Source of the DNA: Rickettsiales bacterium
GTDB taxonomy: Bacteria > Pseudomonadota > Alphaproteobacteria > Rickettsiales > UBA998
Reading direction: 5' to 3'
Length of the DNA: 64,000 bases
Assembly (NCBI GenBank): GCA_036770365.1
Contig: DAIPJH010000001.1
Coordinates: forward strand, 236,767 to 300,766
In this document: positions 49,536 through 59,792 of the stretch, piece by piece
Layout: each line of letters opens with the position of its first letter
Numbering within the stretch: position 1 is the first letter of the stretch
Made by a program: the position numbers and the translations under genes
The notes under the pieces: generated by a model
The model's input: the letters and a program-made list of their open reading frames with translations, nothing else
Told to the model about the DNA's origin: nothing
Database searches by the model: none

Positions 49536-50468
49536 TTATGTTTCTGTACGAGGCCCTTGAGGCTTATGTGCTTCAGGAAGGCGACGCTGCATGGATTCTG
49601 GTGTTAACTTAATAAAGATGCGTTCTTGCAGCCGCATGTCAATGGCCGTGATTGATTTTTGAAAAATACTTTGCTCTTGCTGCATTTTTGCCAGTTTATG
49701 CAGCGCAGCTTCCTCGCCCTCTTCTGGCAGCATCACATTCACGCCACCATTAAACTTTAGATTCCAACGACGCTCTCCCACACGCACCGCAGCCATCACT
49801 TGCTTATCTAACTCAGGCTCTTTAGCCAAAAGTGCGAGTAAATCTTTGGCTTTTTCAGGTGCGCCCAGCCCTACTACCACCATCAAATGTGGATATGCCT
49901 TTGGGTCTTCACCTTCTAATATCTTGCCTTCATCATCGACTAAAAACAATTTCTGCTTAGACTGCCAAATGGCAATAGGCTGACGTTCTTGCAACGTGAC
50001 CTTTAACGTATCTGGAAAAACCCGTTCCACAGAAGCACGACGCACAGTGCTAATCGCCTCCATCTGCGCACGTGCATCCTCCAACGAGACCTGTAACAAA
50101 GACCCACCCAACCCCACGCCCAATGCCTTAAGGACAGCGATCTGATCCGTCTTTTGACGCCCTTCAATATAGATATTACGCACACGCAAACCACCCTCAC
50201 GCGTAACATCCCACATCGCCTGTGAGGCCGCCACCGTGATTCTTTCGATCACATTATGCTGTTTGATCCACATGCCGCCAGAAGCGATCACCACCAACAC
50301 CGCGCCAAGCGCAGCAAGCATCGCCCAGCGTCGCACCACACGCAATTTGACACGTTTTTCCCTGTCTTTGCGTATCTTTCTCGATTGCTTCTGTCGCGTC
50401 GTCTGCTGCGCCATGAAACTAATTCTCCCTCGCCGCCGCCATACAGCCTTCACTGCACGAACGTTCAT
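49536..50468 (-). CDS. ftsQ: cell division protein FtsQ
   Basis: Basic N-terminus, a single TM segment (WAMLAALGAVLVVIASGGMW), and a POTRA motif VFPDTLKVTLQERQPIAIWQ. The start could instead be the internal MAQQTT at 50414. Confidence 0.8.
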   Translation of the reverse strand: MNVRAVKAVWRRRGRISFMAQQTTRQKQSRKIRKDREKRVKLRVVRRWAMLAALGAVLVVIASGGMWIKQHNVIERITVAASQAMWDVTREGGLRVRNIYIEGRQKTDQIAVLKALGVGLGGSLLQVSLEDARAQMEAISTVRRASVERVFPDTLKVTLQERQPIAIWQSKQKLFLVDDEGKILEGEDPKAYPHLMVVVGLGAPEKAKDLLALLAKEPELDKQVMAAVRVGERRWNLKFNGGVNVMLPEEGEEAALHKLAKMQQEQSIFQKSITAIDMRLQERIFIKLTPESMQRRLPEAHKPQGPRTET

Positions 50469-50477
50469 CCACTAGAA

Positions 50478-51392
50478 CTAACCTTCAACGTGATCACGCG
50501 TGGCAGATTCCACCAAACGTAACACCAACGTATTAAAGCTTATTCCTGCGTGCGCTGCAATCTCTGGAGCAAGAGAAAGGGGTGTCATACCTGGTTGTGT
50601 GTTCGTTTCAAGCAAATAGAACACACCTTGACCAAGTCCCGTGTCATCATAACGGAAATCTGAGCGGGTCAAACCGCGGCAACCAAGTACCTCATGCGCA
50701 CGCTCTGCCAAACGGCACACCTCTATGTAATCCGCTTCAGGAATCGGCGCAGGCATAATATGTTCCGCCCGTCCTGCCGTGTATTTAGCTTCGTAGTCAT
50801 AAAAACCTTTAAGCGGCTTAATCTCAATCGCCCCCAAAGCCTTACCATCTAGCACGGCCACTTGGATCTCCCGACCAGCAATGTATTTTTCTACAAGCAC
50901 CTTGGAAGTATCTTTGAATGGGAGTTCAGCCAATTGTTTTTCTTCGTGAAGAATCACCACACCAACACTTGAACCTTCATCGGTGGGTTTAACTACGATT
51001 GGAAACAAAAATGGAGATGCTTTTTTCAGCTCAGAGACCAACATGACCTCACCATCTGCCAACCTCAACCCCGCAGAAGAAAACACTTTTTTTGCCATAG
51101 GCTTGTCCATAGCAAGTGCGGAAGCCAACACACCCGAATGAGTATACGGAATACCCAACATCTCCAACACGCCCTGCACATCACCATCCTCACCAAAATG
51201 CCCATGCAAAGCATTAAACACAACATCAGGCTTGACCTGCGCCAATATGGTCGCAACATCCCGCCCCACATCAACCGCGGTCACCTTAAATCCTAATGTC
51301 TCCAGAGATTTTTTCACTGCAACACCGCTCGAAAGCGATACTTCGCGTTCAGCAGACAACCCACCCATCAATACGGCAACATGCTTAGTCAT
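50478..51392 (-). CDS. ddl: D-alanine--D-alanine ligase
   Basis: MTKHVAVLMGGLSAEREVSLSSG, ALHGHFGEDG and LETNTQPGMT motifs. Confidence 0.95.
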   Translation of the reverse strand: MTKHVAVLMGGLSAEREVSLSSGVAVKKSLETLGFKVTAVDVGRDVATILAQVKPDVVFNALHGHFGEDGDVQGVLEMLGIPYTHSGVLASALAMDKPMAKKVFSSAGLRLADGEVMLVSELKKASPFLFPIVVKPTDEGSSVGVVILHEEKQLAELPFKDTSKVLVEKYIAGREIQVAVLDGKALGAIEIKPLKGFYDYEAKYTAGRAEHIMPAPIPEADYIEVCRLAERAHEVLGCRGLTRSDFRYDDTGLGQGVFYLLETNTQPGMTPLSLAPEIAAHAGISFNTLVLRLVESATRDHVEG

Positions 51393-51489
51393 TTTCTTCT
51401 CACACTATTTCTATAACCCAATGCGTCAACATAGCCTTTAGCAACACTACTCGCAAGGATTAAGGCAAACCAATAGAAGGTTCACACAC

Positions 51490-53505
51490 TTAAAATTTCC
51501 ACACCATACCAACACCAAAACCATAATCCGAATCATAGCCCACACGCAAAGACGCAGCTTCATTCAAAATATAGCGTGTATTGACACCATATTCCTTGTC
51601 AGTGTTAACGCGCCAGTCCAATGCCACGCGCTCGGCAAGTTGGAGTTCGCTGCTGAACTCTAGGCGACCGCGTTTTTCAGAATCGACTCGCGCTTCGACA
51701 TCAATCATCATTGGCAGCGTATAACGCAAACCTAAGATACCAACCGTATCACTATGCTCTTCATTACGCTCTTTGCGCGTCTCTGAGCCAATGAACGCAC
51801 TGCCATACAGCGTCAGCGGATGCACATAAGTTGGGCTGATTTCATAATTGCCCTGATAATCTGCTTTGGATTCTAGTTCGATAATATTGCGTGCATTAGA
51901 TGCCGAGACGCTACCATCCCACATGTTGGAAAGTACGCCTGCTTGCCCTGAGAAGAACCAACCATCTCCATGCTTCATATTGCCCATACTGTGTGCCATT
52001 CCAGCGTTTTCAGGCTCTCCAACTTTTTGATAATGGACAATCCGCGCCATGCCACTTGCCATGTGATAAAGGTTATGACAATGGAAGAACCAGTCTTTTT
52101 CCTCATCCGCCGCAAACTCGATCGTCACCGCACCCATCGGCGGTACATTCACTGTATGTTTAAGTGGACTATAATCACCCTGCCCGTTTAGCACGCGGAA
52201 GAAATGCCCATGTAAATGCAACGGATGTTCCATCATCGAATCGTTGATAAGGCGAAACCGTACCACCTCGCCTTTTTTGATACGAATCATGTCCGCTTCG
52301 TCTAACAGTTTATCATCAAACGACCACAGATAACGCTCCATATTACCAGTTAAGCGTAGCGTCACATCACGGCGCGTCAAATATATTGGAAAATTGGTTT
52401 TTTGCAGTGATTTAAGCGGTGAATAATCCACGCCCGACATATTCATCTGATACTTCTGCTCATCCGACATGCCGGACATATCCATCATGTCAGCATAGAG
52501 GTCAGGCTTGGGATAAGTTGGCGCAAAATGCAACGCACCCTCTCCAATCATATAGGACGCATAGCCTGTGCCATCAACTGAACTTGCGCGAAGTTCATAT
52601 GCTCCACCCTCTGGCAGTGTCAGCAACACATCATAATTCTCCGCCATTGTCATTTCTAAGCGGTCAACTTGATAGGGCTGAACTGAATTGCCATCTGCCG
52701 CGACGACTGTCATCCTACCACCTGCAAACACCACATCCATATACGTCGATGCCGAAGCATTGACCATCCGCACACGCACTGTTTGCCCTGCTTTCACACT
52801 TTTATTATACGCTTGATGCACACCATTGACCAAAAACGCATCATAGCCAACATCTGAGACATCCATAGGCCCCATCCTGTCCCACGCGCCGTTGACAAGA
52901 TTTTTTAAGGCTGTTCCACCATGTCGCGCTGCACCCAGCCACGATACTGTTGAGCCTTTTTTCAACGCATAATAATCCCCATCACTCTTTAAATGACGTA
53001 ACACTTCATCAGGGTTTTCATCTGTCCAGTCTGACCATAACACGAGTGCTTCTGCGTTTGCTTTGGATTGTTTCACTTCAGACTTTGGATGAATAATAAT
53101 ACCACCAAACAAGCCACGCTGCTCTTGCAACCCTGAATGGGCGTGATACCAATACGTTCCATGTTGGCGCAGCGGAAATTCATAATCTGCGCTGCTATGC
53201 GCAAGCACTGGCGGCGTCGTCATATATGGCACACCATCTTGATCATTCGGCACAAGCAACCCATGCCAATGTAAGGATGTCTCAACATCCATCTTATTCT
53301 CAACATGAATCTTAAGCGTATCACCTTCAGTGGCTTCTAGCATCGTTGCGGGAATCTGCCCGTTAATCGTCAGAGCCTGCACCTTTTTCCCCGTCACATT
53401 GACCATTTGTTCGTCTAGAACAAGAGAATATTCTTTAGTCCCTGCATATGCGCTTGAAACACAAAAGACCGCGGATAAACAACATGATAAAACAACGCCA
53501 CGCAT
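51490..53505 (-). CDS. multicopper oxidase (CopA/PcoA-like) fused to a C-terminal CopB-like outer-membrane beta-barrel segment
   Basis: Sec-type signal peptide MRGVVLSCCLSAVFCVSSAYA. Copper-site motifs are HWHGL, WYHAH, HPLHLHGH and HCHNLYHMASGM. A Met-rich loop reads MMDMSGMSDEQKYQMNMSG. The last ~170 aa are beta-rich and end ...GYDSDYGFGVGMVWKF, resembling the CopB C-terminus. The start is taken at 53505, 13 nt after the murB stop. Confidence 0.8.
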   Translation of the reverse strand: MRGVVLSCCLSAVFCVSSAYAGTKEYSLVLDEQMVNVTGKKVQALTINGQIPATMLEATEGDTLKIHVENKMDVETSLHWHGLLVPNDQDGVPYMTTPPVLAHSSADYEFPLRQHGTYWYHAHSGLQEQRGLFGGIIIHPKSEVKQSKANAEALVLWSDWTDENPDEVLRHLKSDGDYYALKKGSTVSWLGAARHGGTALKNLVNGAWDRMGPMDVSDVGYDAFLVNGVHQAYNKSVKAGQTVRVRMVNASASTYMDVVFAGGRMTVVAADGNSVQPYQVDRLEMTMAENYDVLLTLPEGGAYELRASSVDGTGYASYMIGEGALHFAPTYPKPDLYADMMDMSGMSDEQKYQMNMSGVDYSPLKSLQKTNFPIYLTRRDVTLRLTGNMERYLWSFDDKLLDEADMIRIKKGEVVRFRLINDSMMEHPLHLHGHFFRVLNGQGDYSPLKHTVNVPPMGAVTIEFAADEEKDWFFHCHNLYHMASGMARIVHYQKVGEPENAGMAHSMGNMKHGDGWFFSGQAGVLSNMWDGSVSASNARNIIELESKADYQGNYEISPTYVHPLTLYGSAFIGSETRKERNEEHSDTVGILGLRYTLPMMIDVEARVDSEKRGRLEFSSELQLAERVALDWRVNTDKEYGVNTRYILNEAASLRVGYDSDYGFGVGMVWKF

Positions 53506-53518
53506 ATACTTTACCTTT

Positions 53519-54457
53519 TCAAAGCTGCTTACCAATACGCTTGATTTCCCAATGTAGATCAATACCGCTTTTTGCTTTCACCCGACGGCGCACCTCATCA
53601 CCAAGCGTTTCTAAATCTTTAGCTGTAGCATCACCTGTGTTTATCAGAAAGTTACAATGCTTTTCAGACACTTGCGCGCCACCTATCACAAGACCTCGAC
53701 AACCCGCCTCATCAATGAGTTGCCATGCTTTATGTCCTTCAGGATTTCGAAACGTACTGCCACCTGTACGGCTATTAATCGGCTGCGTCGCGCTGCGTTC
53801 TTCATTAATTTTTGCGATCTTTTCCGCGATCTCGGACATCACACCCGTATGACCTTGTATGATCGCCCCTACAAAGATCCATCCGTCTGGCACGCCACAC
53901 GTGCGATACTCAAAGCTACACTCATTTAAACTCAAGCGGTGTAGCTCTCCATGCTCATCAAGCGCAAGAGCTTCCACCAACACATCTTTAATTTCCGTGC
54001 CGTATGCCCCCGCATTCATCTTAAGTGCGCCCCCTATGGTTCCAGGAACACCACTTAAGAACTCCAAGCCCGCAATACCATGTTCACAGGCAACGCTTGC
54101 CACATGCACATCCATCGCAGCAGCTCCAACAAATATCTGCGCATTATCTCGCACTTCAATTTTGGCAAAACCACGCCCCAAGCGCACAGTTACACCATCC
54201 AACCCACCATCACGCACCAATAGGTTTGACCCAACACCAATCACCCATAGTGGCAAATCCGCTGGTTTTTGACGAAGAAACAAGGCAAGATCTTCCGTGT
54301 CATCAGGGATAAATAACCACTGTGCAACACCACCAACCTGAAACCAACACCGCTTGGCTAATGCTACATCAGGACGTAAACGCCCACGCAGACCCGCAGC
54401 CCAAACAGGTAAAGCTTCAAAAGAGGTATCTTCTACTGCTATCATCTGTTGCATCAA
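53519..54457 (-). CDS. murB: UDP-N-acetylenolpyruvoylglucosamine reductase MurB
   Basis: FAD-binding-domain pattern (WFQVGG...VIGVGSNLLV) and GSTFRNP. Confidence 0.95.
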   Translation of the reverse strand: MMQQMIAVEDTSFEALPVWAAGLRGRLRPDVALAKRCWFQVGGVAQWLFIPDDTEDLALFLRQKPADLPLWVIGVGSNLLVRDGGLDGVTVRLGRGFAKIEVRDNAQIFVGAAAMDVHVASVACEHGIAGLEFLSGVPGTIGGALKMNAGAYGTEIKDVLVEALALDEHGELHRLSLNECSFEYRTCGVPDGWIFVGAIIQGHTGVMSEIAEKIAKINEERSATQPINSRTGGSTFRNPEGHKAWQLIDEAGCRGLVIGGAQVSEKHCNFLINTGDATAKDLETLGDEVRRRVKAKSGIDLHWEIKRIGKQL

Positions 54458-54459
54458 CC

Positions 54460-55932
54460 TTAACCCGCAACCTTGTGCTGTTCTTTAAATACCACTTTTA
54501 ACTGCTCTGGCAATTTCCCTGCCCAACTCGAAATACTGCCCGCACCAAGACAAACCACAATATCCCCCGCCTTAACAACTTCTGCTACTTGTTTTGCAAG
54601 CGTCGCTTCAGACTCAAGCGCACGTGCATCACGGTGACCATGCGCCCGCATCCCCGCCACCAAGGCATCACGATGGATGCCTTCAATTGGCTCTTCTCCC
54701 GCAGTGTAGATATCAGATACCAACACGGTCTGCGCATCATTAAAACACGTACAAAATTCTTCAAAAAGATCGCGTACACGTGTAAAACGATGCGGCTGCA
54801 CTACCGCAATCACACGCGCATTGACATCAGGCAAAGCCTGTCGCGCACAGGCAAGGGTTGCAGCAATCTCCACAGGATGATGCCCATAATCGTCAATGAT
54901 CGTAACACCGTCTGCTTCACCTGTTTTGGTAAAACGCCGTTTCACGCCACCAAAACCCGCCAACCCCTTTTGGATAGTCTCAATACCCATATTCAGCTCT
55001 CGCGCTACTGCCAACGCAGCCAGTGAATTCAGTAAATTATGCCGACCGTGCATCGGCAAAAATAAATCTTTAATCACTTCGACTCCACCCGAAGGGTACG
55101 AACGGCACTCCACATCATAATATTGTCCAGTAGCATCCACCCGCATATTCACCGCACAAATATCAGCTTGAGGATTAAACCCATACGTCACGATACGACG
55201 ATCTTGCACCTTCGCAAGCAATGCTTGTACTTCTGGATGATCAATACACAGCACACCAAAACCATAAAAGGGGAGGTTTTCAATAAACTGTAGAAAAGCA
55301 GCCCTAAGCGCATCAAAGCTACCGTAATAATCTAAATGCTCAGGATCAATATTCGTGATCACTGCAATCGTTGCAGGAAGTTTGATAAATGTGCCGTCTG
55401 ACTCGTCTGCTTCAACGACCATCCATTCGCCCGTTCCCAACTTCGCATTCGTACCATACGCGTTAATAATACCACCATTAATGACGGTTGGCTGAAAACC
55501 CGCTGCATCAAATAATGCTGCCGTCAAAGACGTCGTTGTCGTTTTGCCATGAGTCCCCGCGATCGCCACCGTCATTTTTAAATGCACCAATTCTGCAAGC
55601 ATTTCAGCACGACGCACCACAGGAATACGGCGCGCCCGCGCTTCGACGATCTCAGGATTATCGGATTTCACTGCGGTTGATTTCACCACCACTGCGGCAT
55701 CACCAAGATTACTTCCCGTATGACCAATCATCACATCAATACCCATTGCACGCAAACGCTCTACATTCGCACTGCCTGCCATGTCTGAACCTTGAACTTT
55801 ATAACCGAGATTATGTAAAATCTCAGCTATACCACTCATACCAATCCCACCGATCCCAATAAAATGGATCACGCCGACATCTAATGACAACGTTTTTCCA
55901 AGAGGAAGTCTACGAATAGGAACTGTGATCAT
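54460..55932 (-). CDS. murC: UDP-N-acetylmuramate--L-alanine ligase MurC
   Basis: [27 protein letters not shown] and DDYGHHP motifs. Confidence 0.95.
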   Translation of the reverse strand: MITVPIRRLPLGKTLSLDVGVIHFIGIGGIGMSGIAEILHNLGYKVQGSDMAGSANVERLRAMGIDVMIGHTGSNLGDAAVVVKSTAVKSDNPEIVEARARRIPVVRRAEMLAELVHLKMTVAIAGTHGKTTTTSLTAALFDAAGFQPTVINGGIINAYGTNAKLGTGEWMVVEADESDGTFIKLPATIAVITNIDPEHLDYYGSFDALRAAFLQFIENLPFYGFGVLCIDHPEVQALLAKVQDRRIVTYGFNPQADICAVNMRVDATGQYYDVECRSYPSGGVEVIKDLFLPMHGRHNLLNSLAALAVARELNMGIETIQKGLAGFGGVKRRFTKTGEADGVTIIDDYGHHPVEIAATLACARQALPDVNARVIAVVQPHRFTRVRDLFEEFCTCFNDAQTVLVSDIYTAGEEPIEGIHRDALVAGMRAHGHRDARALESEATLAKQVAEVVKAGDIVVCLGAGSISSWAGKLPEQLKVVFKEQHKVAG

Positions 55933-57116
55933 GCCGCTAAATCCTTATGATGGTGTATGTTTGGCTGCGTATTCTCATGATGCCCTCCACGCGCACCCTC
56001 TCGTCGCGCATACGCATGGTGAATGACCAAATCCGCCAAATTAGAAGCTGCTTGCGCACGCCCGATCGCATGTGCATGTTCAGCGGCACGGGTCAAACTA
56101 CTCGGCAACGTTAAGAACGCCTCCAAGCGTGCGGCTAAAGCCTCAGGAGTAAAACTATCTTGCGGCATCACCCACGCCCCACCAGCATCCTCCACCGCAC
56201 GTGCATTAATCATCTGATGGTCGTCCGCGGATTGCGGGTATGGCACAAGGATCGACGGACGCCCCGCACAAGTAAGCTCAGCAATGGTTGACGCACCAGA
56301 ACGCGCAATGACCAAATGCACCGCCGCCAACCGTGCAGGAACATCCGCAAAAAATGGAGATACATCTGCTTGCACGCCCAGTTCAAGATAGCGTGCTTTT
56401 GTCGCCTCTAGTGTTTCTGCTCGCGCTTGTTGATCCACACGCAAACGACGACGTGCCTTTTCAGGAAGCAGTGCAATCGCCTCTGGAACAACATGTGAAA
56501 ACACGGTAGCACCTTGCGAACCACCTGTGATCAAAAGACGCATCATCCCATCCTCAGCAAGCTCTGGATAATCAACATCGTGCAACGCCCGTACGCTAGA
56601 TCGCACGGGATTGCCTACTAAATGCATCTTATATTTATTTTCTGGTTGTACCATACCCGTCTCAGGATAGGACGTTGCTATCGACCCTACACGTGACGCC
56701 AACACGCGGTTTGCCTTACCCAAAATCGCATTCTGCTCATGAATGATCGTGGGAATGCCACGCGAACTTGCTGCCATCATGGTTGGAAAAGAAGGATAGC
56801 CTCCAAATCCCACTACTGCGTCCGCCTTGATCTTGCCAAGCAGACTACGCGCTTGCACAATCCCCAACACAATATGTAATGCCCCTTGTGCGCGTTGAAA
56901 CACACTTCGCCCCAATGTCCCTGCATGAATATAATGGATAGGAATCTGCCCCAAAATACCTTGCATACTTGCTGCACTGTAATCTGAAAAACGCTTGTCT
57001 GTGATAAGACTGACACGATGTCCACGCGACGTTAACTCCTCTGCCAAAGACTCCGCGGGGAAAATATGCCCCCCTGTTCCACCTGCTGCCAAAACGATAT
57101 GAAATTGTTGAGTCAT
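55929..57116 (-). CDS. murG: undecaprenyldiphospho-muramoylpentapeptide beta-N-acetylglucosaminyltransferase MurG
   Basis: [12 protein letters not shown] and ITGGSQGA motifs. It overlaps the murC start by 4 nt. Confidence 0.95.
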   Translation of the reverse strand: MTQQFHIVLAAGGTGGHIFPAESLAEELTSRGHRVSLITDKRFSDYSAASMQGILGQIPIHYIHAGTLGRSVFQRAQGALHIVLGIVQARSLLGKIKADAVVGFGGYPSFPTMMAASSRGIPTIIHEQNAILGKANRVLASRVGSIATSYPETGMVQPENKYKMHLVGNPVRSSVRALHDVDYPELAEDGMMRLLITGGSQGATVFSHVVPEAIALLPEKARRRLRVDQQARAETLEATKARYLELGVQADVSPFFADVPARLAAVHLVIARSGASTIAELTCAGRPSILVPYPQSADDHQMINARAVEDAGGAWVMPQDSFTPEALAARLEAFLTLPSSLTRAAEHAHAIGRAQAASNLADLVIHHAYARREGARGGHHENTQPNIHHHKDLAA

Positions 57117-57149
57117 CGCACTATCCTAATATGAACATCATTATCGTTA

Positions 57150-58337
57150 CTAACTTGAAGAAACATCTTCATAAACTTTATCAAAACGGCTGACATACAT
57201 TCCCGTACCGCCATATTGTTTTCGGGTTAATCCAAGTAAGATACCCATGCCAAACCCCATTGCCACCACCGAAGATCCGCCATAACTCAAAAATGGTAGT
57301 GTCATTCCCTTCGCAGGCAACATATTCACTGCTACCCCCATATTAATAACCGATTGCATACCAAACTGCACAATAATCCCCGAAGCTGCCAACATCACAA
57401 ATAAATCATTCACCTTTAAAATACGCAACAAACTACGAATCACCACACACGCAAACAACGCTACCACCGCGATTGATAGCATCATACCAAATTCTTCGCC
57501 AACCACCGCAAACACAAAATCCGTATGCGAATCAGGAATTTGCCATTTCACTTCACCTTCACCAATGCCTCTACCCAACAACCCACCAGATTGAAAAGCA
57601 TCCAGTGCCTTGGAAACCTGATAATTATCTCCAACCGCAGGGTCAAGAAACTCATTCACACGCTTAGTAACGTGCGGCAAAAACACATATGCTCCCACGC
57701 CCATCACACAAAACGCCACCACCATCAAAATCACAAAAATTACAGGCATGCCGCCAATTACCATCTGAGCTGCAAACATACAGGAGACCGTCAGCGTCAT
57801 CCCTATATCTGGCTGAAACCATAACAATGCTGCGAAAACACTATACACCCCAACAGCAGCCATAAAACCGGGGAATTCATGCACTCTGTAACGCTCAGAC
57901 ACCACCCACGCTACCACCATTGCGAAGCAAGGTTTTACAAACTCAGAGGGCTGCAAAGACATACCAAGAAGATTCACCCAGCGAACAGCACCCTTATTCT
58001 CATAACCAATGAACGGGAGCAATAACATCAACACGATACCACCAATATACCCTAACACACCGATACGACGCAAATTGCGAACATTCAGCATAGATACACC
58101 TAACATCACCACCAGCGAAACCGCGAGGTAGGCGAACTGATGAATAATAAAATAAGACTGGCCATAACCTAAACGCGTTGCCACGGGAGGACTCGATGCC
58201 GTTACGATGATCGCGCCTAGCGCAACCAACAACAAAATCAACAGTAAATTCACGCGATCAACCGTCCACCACCATGTACCGACCATGGTCGTGTTCGTCC
58301 TATCTAGCCGCATTGCGTTGTGAGGTTTTTCTAACAT
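57150..58337 (-). CDS. ftsW: lipid II flippase / peptidoglycan glycosyltransferase FtsW (SEDS family)
   Basis: About 10 predicted TM segments. Motifs are LQPSEFVKP, PDSHTDFVFAVVGEEFG and LPAKGMTLPFLSYGGSS. Confidence 0.9.
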   Translation of the reverse strand: MLEKPHNAMRLDRTNTTMVGTWWWTVDRVNLLLILLLVALGAIIVTASSPPVATRLGYGQSYFIIHQFAYLAVSLVVMLGVSMLNVRNLRRIGVLGYIGGIVLMLLLPFIGYENKGAVRWVNLLGMSLQPSEFVKPCFAMVVAWVVSERYRVHEFPGFMAAVGVYSVFAALLWFQPDIGMTLTVSCMFAAQMVIGGMPVIFVILMVVAFCVMGVGAYVFLPHVTKRVNEFLDPAVGDNYQVSKALDAFQSGGLLGRGIGEGEVKWQIPDSHTDFVFAVVGEEFGMMLSIAVVALFACVVIRSLLRILKVNDLFVMLAASGIIVQFGMQSVINMGVAVNMLPAKGMTLPFLSYGGSSVVAMGFGMGILLGLTRKQYGGTGMYVSRFDKVYEDVSSS

Positions 58338-58391
58338 ACCAAATGTTGTATCGTGGGTCGCAAGGATAAGAAAGAGTTTTTTTAGGGATTA

Positions 58392-58775
58392 GAGGTCAGA
58401 CGGTCTATAAGCCGGGTTCTGTCCACACATTACTGTGCTGGATGATCATTCATCTAGGATGACAATTGCTTGCCACCTCGTGCAACCTACCCGAAAGGCT
58501 GAAGTGGAACACCCCTGTAGCCGGAACTACGCGCCTCTCCTATTTGGTTTTGCTTCCAGTGGGGTTTACCCTGCCGCTTTGTTACCAAAGTCGCGGTGCG
58601 CTCTTACCGCACCTTTTCACCTTTTCCCTACGCCCGAAGCCGTGAGGGTAGTTTGTTTTCTGTGGCACTATTCCCTGAGGTCACCCTCGCCAGCCATTAA
58701 CTGGCACTGCGTTCCATGAAGCCCGGACTTTCCTCAAAGGCTTACGCCCTTGCGACCATCCAACCGTCTGACCCA
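58392..58775 (-). ncRNA. rnpB: RNase P RNA (bacterial type A)
   Basis: The minus strand contains GAGGAAAGTCCGGGC near the 5-prime end and ACAGAACCCGGCTTATAG near the 3-prime end. A 10-bp P1 helix (ggtcagacgg / ccgtctgacc) closes the ends. The 94-aa plus-strand ORF over it is spurious. Confidence 0.88.
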
Positions 58776-58782
58776 AAAGCTC

Positions 58783-59481
58783 TTAAGCTATTTCTAACAA
58801 CTTAGCAAGGATAGACATACACGCATCATCCCACTGCCCTTCGATGTTACTTTGCCTAAAATGACGCTGAAAGGCAACAATAACATCATGGGTTTGCGCA
58901 TCCCACTGCCCTGTTGCATCAATCTTATAGCCATAACATGCGAGGCCTTGCTGCACAGACATCGGACTCCACGCAGCACATATTGTTGTCGGTTTTGCAA
59001 AAAGCCCTACCCCCTGAGACGCAAGCCACTCCCAATCAAACAGTTCACCGGGATCTTGTTTACGTGCAGGAGCGATGTCCGAATGTGCGACAACATTACG
59101 TGCTTCGATAGCAAGATGACGCGACACGATAGACTGACCGAGTGCGGCCACTGCATCCATCTGCACTTTTGAAAAAGCACGATACCCAAATTCATGCCCT
59201 GGATTCACGACTTCAATGCCTATCGACACATCATTAAGGTTATCACGCCCACGCCAATGACTTACTCCTGCATGCCATGCCCGATGCTCTTCCGCCACCA
59301 TCTGCACCACGCAACCGTCTTCATCCACCAGATAATGTGCCGACACCTGTGCATTTTCATCACACATACGCGCAAGCGCAGACTGCGCATCCCGCATCCC
59401 TGTGTAATGTAAGACTAAAACAGAAACATTTGTATCTGGACGATGATTGTAATTTGGGCTTGGTTTCCATTGTATGCTCAT
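58783..59481 (-). CDS. N-acetylmuramoyl-L-alanine amidase (AmpD/AmiD, amidase_2) with C-terminal peptidoglycan-binding domain
   Basis: PSPNYNHRP...VLHYTGM...SAHYLVDEDG...AWHAGVSHW...SIGIE matches the amidase_2 pattern. The C-terminal LACYGYKIDATGQWDAQTHDVIVAFQRHF looks like a PG_binding_1 domain. Confidence 0.85.
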   Translation of the reverse strand: MSIQWKPSPNYNHRPDTNVSVLVLHYTGMRDAQSALARMCDENAQVSAHYLVDEDGCVVQMVAEEHRAWHAGVSHWRGRDNLNDVSIGIEVVNPGHEFGYRAFSKVQMDAVAALGQSIVSRHLAIEARNVVAHSDIAPARKQDPGELFDWEWLASQGVGLFAKPTTICAAWSPMSVQQGLACYGYKIDATGQWDAQTHDVIVAFQRHFRQSNIEGQWDDACMSILAKLLEIA

Positions 59482-59593
59482 CTCACCCTCCTCTTTTCAA
59501 CATCTAGTAGGCGATGATAATGCTACCCCATCATGTGGCGACTGGTCAACACAACCCTTTTTTGCTATGCTACATCTCACAATGAATACCTTA

Positions 59594-59641
59594 CAAAAAA
59601 AGGGTCTGAAGCATTTCACACAAGATGAAAGCCGCAGACCC
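59594..59641 (-). terminator. possible terminator downstream of the DjlA-like gene
   Basis: On the minus strand the stem gggtctg / cagaccc, with an internally paired loop, is followed by ttttttt. It sits about 150 nt after the stop, so the assignment is tentative. Confidence 0.45.
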
Positions 59642-59792
59642 ACAAGTTGCTCGGCAAGCAAATGGTATAACGACGGCTCTGCAGTACAGCACGCTATAAA
59701 GTGCGCCACGCAAAAGTCTTCGTTATATTCTATTCTCAACGCACAGTTACCGCGTTGGCATCACATAACACCATCTACAAACAAACATTACA

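Noticed and set aside
58435-58719. A 94-aa plus-strand ORF.
   Set aside because: It lies entirely inside the RNase P RNA gene on the opposite strand, and its residue composition looks like structured-RNA GC-rich sequence.
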